Positions 17,728 to 27,749 of a stretch of 42,307 nt of DNA are shown here, piece after piece. The stretch is from an uncultured Collinsella sp. (GTDB lineage: Bacteria > Actinomycetota > Coriobacteriia > Coriobacteriales > Coriobacteriaceae). The position numbers were made by a program, and so were the translations under genes. Each line of letters begins with the position of its first letter. Position 1 is the stretch's first letter. Location of the stretch: positions 1 to 42,307 of the forward strand of contig CAJKEF010000001.1 in the NCBI GenBank assembly GCA_905198825.1. Reading direction: 5' to 3'. Below the pieces are notes generated by a model that saw nothing but the letters and a program-made list of their open reading frames with translations, made no database searches and was not told the DNA's origin.

Positions 17728-17760
17728 GGGCCGCCGACATATGCCGGCGGCCCTCTTTCT
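17728..17760 (+). terminator. Probable terminator of the acyl-transfer cluster
   Basis: GGGCCGCCG...CGGCGGCCC followed by TCTTTCT. Confidence 0.6.
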
Positions 17761-18171
17761 ACCAATAACCCTGAAAGGCTTACGGCTATGAAGTTACCTG
17801 TCAACCGCGTCGCCGGTGTGCTGCTCGATCCCTTTACAGCGGCTCTCGGTCGCATGATGGCTCGCGAAGAGAAGAAATAGCTCCCCGCCCATCGAATGCC
17901 GGCGGACGGGGCGCCGGGGCTGTAGTCTTCCGAGCGTTTGCAGTCCTGTCGCTCCGTCCGCCGGCATTCGACCGCAACATGTTGGTCAAGCATAATCTTT
18001 TGGAATCTTTTGGCGCGAGCGGCTTGGTTTTGGTAGGATTTGTCAGCGGCTTGACAAGGGGGTTTTATAACTGCCATGCAGGTAGCCGTGTTGGTAACGT
18101 TTTACCGACTTGCCAGGAGCCCCTCATAATTAATGCGTCTGCAAATTGACCAATTGCTTTGACCTGCTGAA

Positions 18172-18219
18172 ACACTATATGTTGTGTTTGACCTAAAAAA
18201 AGAATACAGGATATAGATG
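18172..18219 (+). promoter_or_regulatory. NrdR boxes (one strong, one weak, 32 bp apart)
   Basis: ACACTATATGTTGTGT (18172-18187) fits the acaCwAtATaTwGtgt consensus; weaker ATACAGGATATAGATG at 18204-18219; upstream of nrdD. Confidence 0.75.
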
Positions 18220-18443
18220 CCTCTTTGTCGTATGATAGATGGCGGACAGAGAGCGAGAACCTTATTCGCCCCATTTGGATGGATCTTTGAGCCCCTGGAT
18301 TGGTTGCGAGGATTGTCCGCATGAGGGCCTATGGTTATCGAGAACACAGATTGCGCAACGGCGCCGCAAGACAGGGCCAAACCCTGCCGGGCATCGTTTG
18401 GCCCTGAAGCGCAATGAGGCTACGATGCGAAAGAGGCAAGAGG

Positions 18444-20666
18444 ATGAAGATCATCAAGCGCAGCGGCACCGAGGTTACTTTTGACATCGATAAGATCGTC
18501 AATGCGATCCGCGCCGCAAACTTGGAGGTCGAGGAAGGCTCTCGCCTTACCGACCGCCAGGTGATCTATGCGGCACAAAACGTTGCCGAGGCATGTGAGA
18601 AGGCCGGTCACACCGTATCGGTCGAGGAGATCCAAGATCTGGTCGAGGACGAGATCATGCGTCTCGACTGCTACGAGGTCGCTCGCCACTACATCATCTA
18701 TCGCTATGTTCAGAGCCTGAAGCGCCAGAAGAACACGACCGATGACAAGATCCTGTCGCTGATTGAGTGCAATAACGAAGAGGTCAAGCAGGAGAACTCC
18801 AACAAGAACCCGACCGTCAACTCCGTTCAGCGCGACTACATGGCCGGCGAGATTTCCAAGGACCTGACGCAGCGCGTGCTGCTGCCCCAGGAGATCGTGG
18901 ATGCCCACAACGAGGGCCTGATTCACTTCCACGATTCGGACTACTTCGCCCAGCACATGCATAACTGTGACCTGGTGAACCTGGAGGATATGCTCCAGAA
19001 CGGCACCGTTATCTCGGGCACGCTGATCGAGAAGCCGCACAGCTTCTCGACTGCTTGCAATATCGCGACGCAGATTATCGCCCAGGTCGCCTCTTCCCAG
19101 TACGGCGGTCAGTCGATTTCGCTGACCCACCTGGCTCCGTTTGTCGAGGTGAGCCGCCAGAAGATTCGTGTCGAGGTTGCCCGCGAGCTCGAGGAGCTTG
19201 GCGTCTCTGCGTCTGCCGAGAAGGTCTGTGAGGTCGTTGAGGACCGTCTGCGTGACGAGATCCGTCGCGGCGTCCAGACGATTCAGTATCAGGTCGTGAC
19301 CCTTATGACCACGAATGGCCAGGCGCCGTTCGTGACGGTCTTTATGTATCTCAACGAGGCCCGTACGCCTCAGGAGAAGCACGACCTTGCCATGATCGTG
19401 GAGGAGACGCTTCGCCAGCGCTACGAGGGCGTTAAGAACGAGGCCGGCGTGTGGATTACCCCGGCATTCCCCAAGCTTATCTATGTGCTCGAGGACGATA
19501 ACGTTCACGAGAATTCCCCGTACTTCTACCTGACCCAGCTGGCTGCCAAGTGCACTGCCAAGCGCATGGTGCCCGACTACATCTCTGAGAAGAAGATGCG
19601 TGAGCTCAAGCTGTCTAAGGGTGAGACCGCCGGCAATGGCGATTGCTACACCTGCATGGGTTGCCGCAGCTTCCTGACGCCCGACCGTTCGGGCAACGGC
19701 TTTAACAATGTTGCCAACGCGCTGAACTATGACCCGACCAAACCTAAGTACTATGGCCGCTTTAACCAGGGTGTTGTGACCATCAACCTGCCCGATGTCG
19801 CACTGAGCTCGCATCAGGACATGGACAAGTTCTGGAAGATCTTCGACGAGCGCCTTGAGCTGTGCCATCGTGCCCTGCTATGCCGTCATGAGCGCCTGAT
19901 GGGCACGCTTTCGGATGCCGCACCGATTCTGTGGCAGTACGGTGCCCTGGCGCGCCTTAAGAAGGGCGAGACGATCGACAAACTGCTCGTGGGCGGCTAT
20001 TCCACCATCAGCCTGGGGTATGCCGGTCTGTATGAGTGCGTCAAGTACATGACGGGCCACAGCCACACCGAGAAGGAAGGCACGCCGTTTGCCATGGCCG
20101 TCATGCAGCACATGAACGACAAATGCGCCGAGTGGAAGGCCGAAAGCGACATCGATTTCTCGCTGTACGGCACGCCGCTGGAGTCGACGACCTACAAGTT
20201 TGCCAAGTGCCTGCAGCGCCGTTTTGGCATTATCCCGGGCGTGACGGACAAGGGCTACATTACTAACAGCTATCACGTCCACGTGTCCGAGGAGATCGAT
20301 GCCTTCGATAAGCTCAAGTTTGAGGGCATGTTCCAGCAGCTTTCGCCGGGCGGTGCCATCTCCTACGTCGAGGTTCCCAACATGCAGGACAACCTCAAGG
20401 CTGTCATTCGCGTGATGCAGTACATCTACGACAACATCATGTACGCCGAGCTCAACACCAAGAGCGATTACTGCCAGGTGTGCGGCTACGATGGCGAGAT
20501 CAAGATTGTCGAGGATGACGGCAAGCTGGTGTGGGAGTGCCCCAACTGCGGCAACCGCGATCAGGAGAAGATGAATGTCGCCCGTCGTACGTGCGGCTAC
20601 ATCGGTACTCAATTCTGGAACCAGGGTCGAACCGAGGAGATCCGCGACCGCGTGCTGCATCTCTAA
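18444..20666 (+). CDS. nrdD: Anaerobic ribonucleoside-triphosphate reductase
   Basis: ATP-cone MKIIKRSG, ENSNK, MGCRSFL, CQVCG/CPNCG zinc site, RRTCGYI glycyl-radical loop. Confidence 0.98.
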   Translation: MKIIKRSGTEVTFDIDKIVNAIRAANLEVEEGSRLTDRQVIYAAQNVAEACEKAGHTVSVEEIQDLVEDEIMRLDCYEVARHYIIYRYVQSLKRQKNTTDDKILSLIECNNEEVKQENSNKNPTVNSVQRDYMAGEISKDLTQRVLLPQEIVDAHNEGLIHFHDSDYFAQHMHNCDLVNLEDMLQNGTVISGTLIEKPHSFSTACNIATQIIAQVASSQYGGQSISLTHLAPFVEVSRQKIRVEVARELEELGVSASAEKVCEVVEDRLRDEIRRGVQTIQYQVVTLMTTNGQAPFVTVFMYLNEARTPQEKHDLAMIVEETLRQRYEGVKNEAGVWITPAFPKLIYVLEDDNVHENSPYFYLTQLAAKCTAKRMVPDYISEKKMRELKLSKGETAGNGDCYTCMGCRSFLTPDRSGNGFNNVANALNYDPTKPKYYGRFNQGVVTINLPDVALSSHQDMDKFWKIFDERLELCHRALLCRHERLMGTLSDAAPILWQYGALARLKKGETIDKLLVGGYSTISLGYAGLYECVKYMTGHSHTEKEGTPFAMAVMQHMNDKCAEWKAESDIDFSLYGTPLESTTYKFAKCLQRRFGIIPGVTDKGYITNSYHVHVSEEIDAFDKLKFEGMFQQLSPGGAISYVEVPNMQDNLKAVIRVMQYIYDNIMYAELNTKSDYCQVCGYDGEIKIVEDDGKLVWECPNCGNRDQEKMNVARRTCGYIGTQFWNQGRTEEIRDRVLHL

Positions 20667-20846
20667 TACCGCTCCGGGGCTGAGCCGAGAGGGCCGCTTG
20701 GGCATTTGCTCGCTATTTCGGACAGTCCTGCGCAAGACGAAGGCCACATTAAGTGGCCTTCTTTGCGTGCGGAACTCATATCGAGCAAAAGCCCAAGCGG
20801 CCCTCTCGGTTCAGCCAAGTTGATGTAGTTGAGATGCAGCACGCGG
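20648..20846. repeat. Nested palindromic repeat downstream of nrdD, same family as 1-93
   Basis: Arms 20678-20703/20791-20816; core 20739-20761; outermost 16-bp arms 20648-20663/20831-20846. Confidence 0.85.
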
Positions 20847-20994
20847 CCTGCTCACCCCTCGAAGTTCTTAGCGGAAATGAGTTGACTTGCAACAACGGTT
20901 TGCTTGCGGAGTCGGTTGAGCTGCAACAAAGCTTTTATTGGACCTCGAACCCTATACTCGATGTTCGCTTCGTTCATTGAGTTACCTTTTGCAT

Positions 20995-21078
20995 GAGGCC
21001 GGGACATATCGTCCCGCCCGCAGTTTCGCAGGCCGCAGGCCGAGAATGTTTGAGGACGGGATGATATGTCCCGGCCTC
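20995..21078. repeat. Inverted repeat upstream of nrdG
   Basis: GAGGCCGGGACATATCGTCCCG/CGGGATGATATGTCCCGGCCTC arms. Confidence 0.75.
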
Positions 21079-21093
21079 CCGGGAGAGTTACCT

Positions 21094-21675
21094 ATGAACT
21101 ACGCGAACATTAAGTATTTCGACATTGCTGATGGGGAAGGTGTTCGTACTTCTCTGTTTGTGAGTGGGTGCCGTCGTGGGTGCAAGAATTGCTTTAACTC
21201 CGTCGCGTGGGACTTTGCCGCGGGTGAGCCGTTCGATCGTGCCGTCGAGGATAAGATTATCGAGAGTCTCGACCATCCCTTTATTGATGGCCTGACGATT
21301 CTGGGCGGGGAGCCCATGGAACCCGAGAACCAGGCAGGGCTCGTTGAGTTTGTCGAGCGTGTTCGTGCGACTTATCCCGTGGAGTCGGGGAAGACTATTT
21401 GGTGCTTTACCGGTGACGTGCTCGAGGAGCTTATGCCGGGCGGTCGTCACCATACCGAGGTGACGGACCGCATCCTTGCCTGCCTCGATATGCTGGTGGA
21501 TGGTCCGTTCGTTCAGGATCTGTACGATATCTCATTGCGCTTTAGGGGCTCGAGCAATCAGCGCGTGATTGATATGAACGCCACGCGCGCTCGTGCTACA
21601 CGTGAGGGCGTTTCGCTTTGCGATGCTGTGGAGCTTTGGCGGGACGATCCGGTCTATTCGACCCATACTATGTAG
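21094..21675 (+). CDS. nrdG: Anaerobic RNR activating enzyme (radical SAM)
   Basis: MNYANIK...DGEGVRTSLFVSGCRRGCKNCFN (CX3CX2C), LGGEP, FRGSSNQR. Confidence 0.96.
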   Translation: MNYANIKYFDIADGEGVRTSLFVSGCRRGCKNCFNSVAWDFAAGEPFDRAVEDKIIESLDHPFIDGLTILGGEPMEPENQAGLVEFVERVRATYPVESGKTIWCFTGDVLEELMPGGRHHTEVTDRILACLDMLVDGPFVQDLYDISLRFRGSSNQRVIDMNATRARATREGVSLCDAVELWRDDPVYSTHTM

Positions 21676-21741
21676 CTTGTGGCCGATGCCGGAGGGCGTG
21701 GTACCATAGCGCGAACGCAAAATCGGAAGAGTGAGGCCCAG

Positions 21742-22299
21742 ATGGTCGATCAGGAAAAAGTCGAGGCCGCCATAAGGCTGTTGCTTGAGGGCATAGGCGA
21801 GGATCCAACTCGTGAGGGCCTGCTGGAGACGCCGGCACGCGTTGCCCGTATGTATGGCGAGATTGCCGGCGGCATGGACCAGAGCGCCGAGGAGCACCTG
21901 TCCAAAACTTTTGCCGTCGCTTCGAACGATTTGGTTATCGAGCGCAACATTACGTTTTACTCGCTGTGCGAGCATCATCTGCTGCCGTTTTACGGCAAGG
22001 CTGCCATTGGCTATATCCCTAACGGCCGCGTGGCGGGTCTGTCTAAGCTTGCTCGCACGGTTGAGGTCTATGCCCGTCGTCTGCAGCTGCAGGAGCAGCT
22101 GTGTGCACAGGTTGCCGATGCCCTCATGGATTATCTTGCTCCCCAAGGAGCGATCGTACTGATGGAAGCCGAGCATATGTGCATGACCATGCGCGGCGTG
22201 CAAAAACCCGGTACCAAGACCGTAACGCTTGCTCGTCGCGGTGTCTTTGAGACCGATTCGTCGCTCGAGGAGCGATTCTTTAGGATGCTGGGTCGCTAA
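21742..22299 (+). CDS. folE: GTP cyclohydrolase I
   Basis: [38 protein letters not shown]. Confidence 0.97.
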   Translation: MVDQEKVEAAIRLLLEGIGEDPTREGLLETPARVARMYGEIAGGMDQSAEEHLSKTFAVASNDLVIERNITFYSLCEHHLLPFYGKAAIGYIPNGRVAGLSKLARTVEVYARRLQLQEQLCAQVADALMDYLAPQGAIVLMEAEHMCMTMRGVQKPGTKTVTLARRGVFETDSSLEERFFRMLGR

Positions 22300-22301
22300 C
22301 C

Positions 22302-22883
22302 ATGAGAGTCGTCAACGACTTTGCATCGAAGACCGATGGGGGAACGCCGCGTCGCGGCTTTATGGCTTCGGGCCTGACCCCCTTTGGTGCCATGCCTCGC
22401 ATTGATTACATTTGTGCCAACGGGCTGTTCCGGCGGCACCTGGGCAACATTGCACAGTTAGAATCGGGGCGCATCTTCTGCCGCCACGGTATTGACCATC
22501 TGCTGGATGTCGCTCGCATTATGTGGATCAAGAATCTCGAGGAAGAGCTCGAATTTGACCGCGAGGTCATCTACGCTACGGCACTTCTTCACGATATCGG
22601 CAAAGATGAACAGTATGAATCGGGTATATCCCATGATGTTGCAAGCGAACGCGTCGCCGATGCGATTCTCGGCGGCATGCCCGAAGACGTGGCGTTTGAG
22701 CCGGCAGATGCCGCAGCCATTAAGACGGCCATTCTGGGCCATCGAAAGCTGCGCGTGAACAGCCAGCCGCTCGAGCGCCTGCTCTATGCAGCCGACAAAG
22801 CGTCGCGCGCCTGCTTTGCATGCCCCGCGCGCAATGCCTGCAACTGGAGCGATGATAAAAAGAACCTGTCGATTCGCGTGTAG
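22302..22883 (+). CDS. HD-domain (HDIG) phosphohydrolase
   Basis: RIFCRHGIDHLLDVARI...ALLHDIGK...ADKASRACFAC. Confidence 0.85.
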   Translation: MRVVNDFASKTDGGTPRRGFMASGLTPFGAMPRIDYICANGLFRRHLGNIAQLESGRIFCRHGIDHLLDVARIMWIKNLEEELEFDREVIYATALLHDIGKDEQYESGISHDVASERVADAILGGMPEDVAFEPADAAAIKTAILGHRKLRVNSQPLERLLYAADKASRACFACPARNACNWSDDKKNLSIRV

Positions 22884-22926
22884 TCGGTATGCGCGGTCGG
22901 GGTTCTGAACGAAGGAGACGATCGCG

Positions 22927-23412
22927 ATGACTAACAAAAAGCTGCCCGAGAATGCAACCAAGACCGAGGGTGCCGAGCTTGCCCGTCGTGGCAGGGGCGA
23001 GATTTCCGCCGCAACGGCGGTGCCCCATGTGAGCTATGACGACCTGCGCCATGCCGACCGCATTACTATCGACGGTCTCGAGGTCTTTGCCAACCACGGC
23101 GTGTATCCCGAGGAGAACGCCCTGGGGCAGAAGTTTGTCGTGTCCTTGGTACTCTATGCCGACCTGCGCGCGGCGGGGGAGCACGATAACCTGGATGCCT
23201 CTATTGATTACGGCTCGGTGTGCCACGATGTCGATGGTTATTTGCGCGAGCATACGTTTAAGCTCATCGAGGCTGCAGCCGAGGGTGTGTCCCAGATGCT
23301 GCTACGTCGTTACCCCTTGCTGCTTGGCGTGCGTGTTAAGCTCGATAAGCCTTGGGCGCCCGTCGGTCTTCCCCTGGCAAGCTGCGGCGTCGAGATCGAG
23401 CGTGTGCGCTAG
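22927..23412 (+). CDS. folB: Dihydroneopterin aldolase
   Basis: DRITIDGLEVFANHGV.PEE..LGQKF, SIDYG, LIEAAAE, KPWAP. Confidence 0.93.
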   Translation: MTNKKLPENATKTEGAELARRGRGEISAATAVPHVSYDDLRHADRITIDGLEVFANHGVYPEENALGQKFVVSLVLYADLRAAGEHDNLDASIDYGSVCHDVDGYLREHTFKLIEAAAEGVSQMLLRRYPLLLGVRVKLDKPWAPVGLPLASCGVEIERVR

Positions 23413-23418
23413 CCGACG

Positions 23419-24228
23419 CTAGAGCTCGTTGGCGGGCGGTTTTTTGAGCCGCTGCGACAGAGCTCTATTGTTGGGGCAGTACGTGTCGAGCAAGGCGTGG
23501 AACCGCTGATTGTGGCTTGGCTCGAGCAAGTGGACGAGCTCGTGGGCGACAACCATGTCGAGGCATTCGACGGGGTAGGTGGCAAGCTCGCGTGCGATGC
23601 GAATGGCGCCGGTTTTGGGCGTGCACGAGCCCCAGCGCGTTTTCATGCTGCGTACGGAAACGCGGGAAACGGCGACACCCATTGCGATTTCGTATGCGTG
23701 CACAATATCGCGTAGCGCCGATGTGACCTCGGAGGTATAGAGCTGGTCGATATGGACTTGGAGCTCGTCGGACGTTAGGCCGTCGAGGGCTGCGTGCCGC
23801 TTGGCCTGTGGGCCTTCGTCCGGTTCATCGGTGCCCATAAAACTTGCGAAGGTGGCCTGTTTGGGTCGCGGTGTGGGTGATGCAAAGTTGTAATCGAGTG
23901 CATCCTGTACCGTGATGGGCTTGCCCCAAAGTGCAATGATGGACGAGGGACTGAGTGACTCTCGCACCGTCGCCTGACGTTGCTCACGCTGGGCAAGTCG
24001 GCTGATAATCCAGGCGCTGTTGCGCTTCACAAACACTTCGATACGCTCGCGGCTGGCGCCGAGCGGCGCGCTGGCGTGGACCTCACCGCTCGATGTGACG
24101 CGTAGGTTGAAGTTCTTGACGCACTTTTTGGTAACGACGACGGGGATGGGCGTCCCATCCAGTCGGGGTACGGAAATCGTAAACTGCTGCGTCAAAAGCG
24201 GTCCTTCAGATTGGGGACGGGCCGGCAT
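23419..24228 (-). CDS. YgjP/DUF45-like zinc metallohydrolase (often annotated M48/SprT-like)
   Basis: MKTRWGSC, VVAHELVHLLEPSHNQRF (HExxH); start uncertain. Confidence 0.85.
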   Translation of the reverse strand: MPARPQSEGPLLTQQFTISVPRLDGTPIPVVVTKKCVKNFNLRVTSSGEVHASAPLGASRERIEVFVKRNSAWIISRLAQREQRQATVRESLSPSSIIALWGKPITVQDALDYNFASPTPRPKQATFASFMGTDEPDEGPQAKRHAALDGLTSDELQVHIDQLYTSEVTSALRDIVHAYEIAMGVAVSRVSVRSMKTRWGSCTPKTGAIRIARELATYPVECLDMVVAHELVHLLEPSHNQRFHALLDTYCPNNRALSQRLKKPPANEL

Positions 24229-24269
24229 GTCGACCGTTCGGCATGCCGGCCCGCTCAAGGGATGTGAAA

Positions 24270-25283
24270 TTAATAACGCTCAAAGAAGGCAAGCGCGTTG
24301 TCGCTGCAGAGCTTTTGCATCACGGTCTTGCCAAAATGCTTGGAGAGCATGTTCTGGAACTCGGGCATCTTGCTGGCATCGGAGAGGAAAGCGGGCACCG
24401 TGGCACCGTCCCAGTCGCCGCCGAGCGCGATGACGTCCTCGCCGCCCAGGTCGAGCCAGTGCTCGATATGTGCCGCCAGCTGGTCGAAGGTGACGTCTGC
24501 GGCGGTCTTGTCGGTTACGTCGTTGGAAAGGAACTCGCTGCAGTAGTTGAGGCCGACGATACCGCCCATGTCGCGAATGGTGCGGAACTGGTCGTCGGTG
24601 AGGTTGCGCTTGACGCCGCAAACCGCACGGGAGTTGGAGTGGCTGGCGACGAAGGGACGCGTGGCGTGGGCGACAACCTCGTCAAAGCACTCATCGTTGA
24701 GGTGGGAGACGTCGAGTACCATGCCGGCGTGCTCCATCTGCGTAAGCGCCTCGATGCCGGCGGCGGTGAGGCCGGCGTGGGTATCGTGTCCGCTCGCGAG
24801 CGGTCCCTGCGCGTTCCAGCTGAGTGATGACATGAGTACGCCCAAGCTCTTGAGCACCTCGATCAGCGCGGGGTCCTCGGCAAAGAACGTGGCGTTTTCG
24901 ATGGTGTGGATGCAAGCGACCTTGCCGTCTTTGAGTGCAGGGCGAATGTCAGCGGTGCTGCGTACGTTGACCATGCGGTCGTGGTTGAGCATGGCCTGGC
25001 CGCTCATGTGCGCCATGATTTGCGCCTGGAAGCGCGCGGCGTGGGCGGTGGGAATCTCGTCGGGGACAAACGTGGCGAAGCACTGTGCCCACGGCGTGTT
25101 GCCGATCTTTGCGAGCGAGATAGCGCAGGCGTTGCCCCCGATGAGGTCGAAATCCTGCGGATGTGTCTCGTCGCCGGGGAAATAACCGTCGGTGCCGGCG
25201 GTAAAGCGCAGGTCGAGATCGAGTGTGGCCCAGCCGATGCGGTCGGCGGTGTCGCAGTGTAGGTCAAATACGGGGTATGCCAT
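24270..25283 (-). CDS. Membrane dipeptidase (M19) family
   Basis: FDLHCDT, DVSHL, ASHSN, RNLTDDQ, ALGGDWDG. Confidence 0.92.
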   Translation of the reverse strand: MAYPVFDLHCDTADRIGWATLDLDLRFTAGTDGYFPGDETHPQDFDLIGGNACAISLAKIGNTPWAQCFATFVPDEIPTAHAARFQAQIMAHMSGQAMLNHDRMVNVRSTADIRPALKDGKVACIHTIENATFFAEDPALIEVLKSLGVLMSSLSWNAQGPLASGHDTHAGLTAAGIEALTQMEHAGMVLDVSHLNDECFDEVVAHATRPFVASHSNSRAVCGVKRNLTDDQFRTIRDMGGIVGLNYCSEFLSNDVTDKTAADVTFDQLAAHIEHWLDLGGEDVIALGGDWDGATVPAFLSDASKMPEFQNMLSKHFGKTVMQKLCSDNALAFFERY

Positions 25284-25403
25284 GGTTCCTCCGGTTGCAG
25301 CGTTTCTTTGCAAACTGTCATTGAATTGTATGACTAGGGTATAGTTAGCGCCATATGTTCATGGCGGCCCGCGTTGTGCGCCGCCCTTATTACGGAGGTT
25401 AGC

Positions 25404-25832
25404 ATGTCCAACCAGGGCAAGAAGGTCAAGACCCATTATCGCGGCACGCTCGACGACGGTACGCAGTTCGATAGCTCCTACGATCGCGGCGAGCCGCTGG
25501 AGTTCACCTGCGGCGCCGGCCAGATGATCAAGGGCTTCGACGCCGCCGTGGTCGACATGCAGGTGGGCGAGAAGAAGACCGTGCACATTCCTGCTGCCGA
25601 TGCCTACGGCGAGCACAACCCCGAGATGGTTCTGACCTTCCCGGCCGAGCAGGTTCCCAACATCGAGCAGATTGAAAAGGGCATGAAGCTCTTCCTGTCC
25701 ACGCCGAGCGGCATGCCTGTCCCTGCTGTTGTCATCGACGTGACGCCCGAGGCCGTGACGCTCGACGCCAACCACGAGCTGGCCGGCAAGGATCTCAACT
25801 TTGATATCGAGCTCGTCGAGGTCGAGGGCTAG
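25404..25832 (+). CDS. FKBP-type peptidyl-prolyl isomerase (SlyD/SlpA-like, no His-rich tail)
   Basis: HYRGTLDDGTQFDSS, IKGFD, DANHELAGKDLNF; GGAGG RBS. Confidence 0.95.
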   Translation: MSNQGKKVKTHYRGTLDDGTQFDSSYDRGEPLEFTCGAGQMIKGFDAAVVDMQVGEKKTVHIPAADAYGEHNPEMVLTFPAEQVPNIEQIEKGMKLFLSTPSGMPVPAVVIDVTPEAVTLDANHELAGKDLNFDIELVEVEG

Positions 25833-25835
25833 AGT

Positions 25836-26414
25836 ATGCCTGCGAATCTGGTTTCGACAGCGTGCCTCGGAAATCTCAATGACCCGTCCTATGAGCTTTT
25901 GCTTCGCCGGGAGTTGGGTGGTGTCTTTGAGACCGATGAGCTACTGCTCGATTGGGACCAGGCTGATGCCCGCGCATTTGCGGGCGTGACGGAGCTGGGG
26001 CGTACGGTCGTTATTCGGCCGGGCGTTGTCGATGGCAATTGTCTTGCCGATGGCGACGTACTTGCCATCGACCGCTCGGGCACGGTTCCCGTGGCAGTTG
26101 TCGTGCGTCTGCGCAGCGCCGAGGTCTATCTGGTCGAAGTCGACCGCATGGACCCGATCGCGCTTGCGCATGTATGCTGGGAGATCGGCAACATGCACGC
26201 ACCGCTCTTCCGGGGCGACTCGGACGAGCATGCCGTGCGCATGTATACGCCGCTGCAGCCGGTTTTGGGCCGCATGCTCCGGGGTGTCGAGGGTGTTCGG
26301 CTCTCGGTGGTTACCCGTGAACTCGATGCGGACCGGCGCTTTGCGTCGAGCGCGGCGGATGCCGTTGTATGTATGGCTCCCGACTTTACGATCGTAAAGA
26401 AGGCGCGCGGCTAG
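25836..26414 (+). CDS. UreE-like metallochaperone
   Basis: LADGDVL and LAHVCWEIGNMHAP resemble the UreE GNxH nickel-site region. Confidence 0.75.
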   Translation: MPANLVSTACLGNLNDPSYELLLRRELGGVFETDELLLDWDQADARAFAGVTELGRTVVIRPGVVDGNCLADGDVLAIDRSGTVPVAVVVRLRSAEVYLVEVDRMDPIALAHVCWEIGNMHAPLFRGDSDEHAVRMYTPLQPVLGRMLRGVEGVRLSVVTRELDADRRFASSAADAVVCMAPDFTIVKKARG

Positions 26415-26495
26415 CGTGCGTATGCGTAAGACGGACTTTGAGAGGCAACTATTCAAAGTCCGTCTTGCTGTTGATGAGATGCTTTGGGGGAACAT

Positions 26496-27293
26496 ATGGG
26501 TCTTGAGGGAATCAAGCTGATCGCCTGTGATTTGGATGGTACGCTGCTACATCCTGGGGAGCGCGAGCCACGCCCCGAGGCCTTTGAGCTCATTAATGAG
26601 CTGCATCATCGCGGTATTGTGTTTATGCCGGCGAGCGGCCGTCAATATGCGAGCTTGCGCTATCTGTTTGCCCCGGTGGCCGATGAGCTCGCCTATGTGT
26701 GCGAAAACGGAGCCCTGGTGATGAGCGAGGGGCATGCCGTCGTCAAGCGCTCTATGGGGCGTGACTTGGCGATGGATATCGCGAATGCCGTGGTCGCCTA
26801 CCCCCATGCCGACGTGACCCTTTCCTGCGAGGGGCACCTCTACACCATAAGCGGCAACGATGCGTTCATCGACCATTTGCGTTACGAGGTCCATTGCGAT
26901 GTGGCGGTGGTCGACCGTCCCGAGGACATTGACGAGGATGTCATTAAGATTGCGTTTCAAACGCCCGAGACGGAGCAGCCGGCAGCGCTGGAGTATTTCG
27001 TGCGCCGCTTTAGCGACCGGGTCGATGTGATGACATCGGGAACCGAATGGACCGACTTTATCGGCTTTGATTCGGGCAAGGGGTCCGCGCTTGCCGATTA
27101 TGGTCGCGCGCTGGGGATCTCACCTAACGAAATGATGGCGTTTGGCGATAACGAAAACGACCGCGACATGCTCAACGTAGTGGGTCATCCTTGTCTAATG
27201 GAGAGCTGCAATCCCTCTATGCGCGGCATCAACGACCGCGTCCGTTACGTGCGCACGGTCGAAGAAGAATTGCGTCGCCTGCTTGCCAAGTAG
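26496..27293 (+). CDS. Cof-type HAD hydrolase
   Basis: CDLDGTL, ASGR, KG, AFGDNENDRDM. Confidence 0.93.
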   Translation: MGLEGIKLIACDLDGTLLHPGEREPRPEAFELINELHHRGIVFMPASGRQYASLRYLFAPVADELAYVCENGALVMSEGHAVVKRSMGRDLAMDIANAVVAYPHADVTLSCEGHLYTISGNDAFIDHLRYEVHCDVAVVDRPEDIDEDVIKIAFQTPETEQPAALEYFVRRFSDRVDVMTSGTEWTDFIGFDSGKGSALADYGRALGISPNEMMAFGDNENDRDMLNVVGHPCLMESCNPSMRGINDRVRYVRTVEEELRRLLAK

Positions 27294-27307
27294 GCATGTC
27301 CCAAAAT

Positions 27308-27688
27308 CTACCTACAGTTGGGGCAGAGGCCCTCGAAGATGGTGTAGTGCGAGGTGACGTTCCAGCCGATTTGCTCGGACGCCTTGGCGTCGAGCTGGGC
27401 ATCGAAGGGGAGCGGCACATCGATGACGCGGCTGCACGAGGTGCAGATGATATGCGCATGCGGCTCGATCGTGCGATCGAAGCGGCTGCCGCCCGGCGTC
27501 TTGATGGAGAGAATCTCCCCGGCGTCGGCCAAGAGATTGAGATTGCGGTAGACCGTACCGCGGCTGATTTTGTCATCCTGCGCGTGCACGACGTTGTAGA
27601 TTTCGTCGGCGGTGGGATGGTTATAGCTTTGGCGCACGGCGTCAAGAACCAGCTTTCGCTGCCTGGTATTCCTTCTTTGCACCGCCAT
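27308..27688 (-). CDS. Fur/PerR family regulator
   Basis: TRQR, HPTADEIY, GTVYRNL, HAHIICTSC, GLCPNC. Confidence 0.93.
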   Translation of the reverse strand: MAVQRRNTRQRKLVLDAVRQSYNHPTADEIYNVVHAQDDKISRGTVYRNLNLLADAGEILSIKTPGGSRFDRTIEPHAHIICTSCSRVIDVPLPFDAQLDAKASEQIGWNVTSHYTIFEGLCPNCR

Positions 27689-27749
27689 GCGCCTCGCCTC
27701 TTTTCCATCAACGGTCGTAGGTAAATGATACCGTATTTAGCACACAATA

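Noticed and set aside
10444..17900. Integrative island at tRNA-Val
   Set aside because: No integrase and no duplicated tRNA 3' end seen; horizontal origin cannot be shown from this window alone
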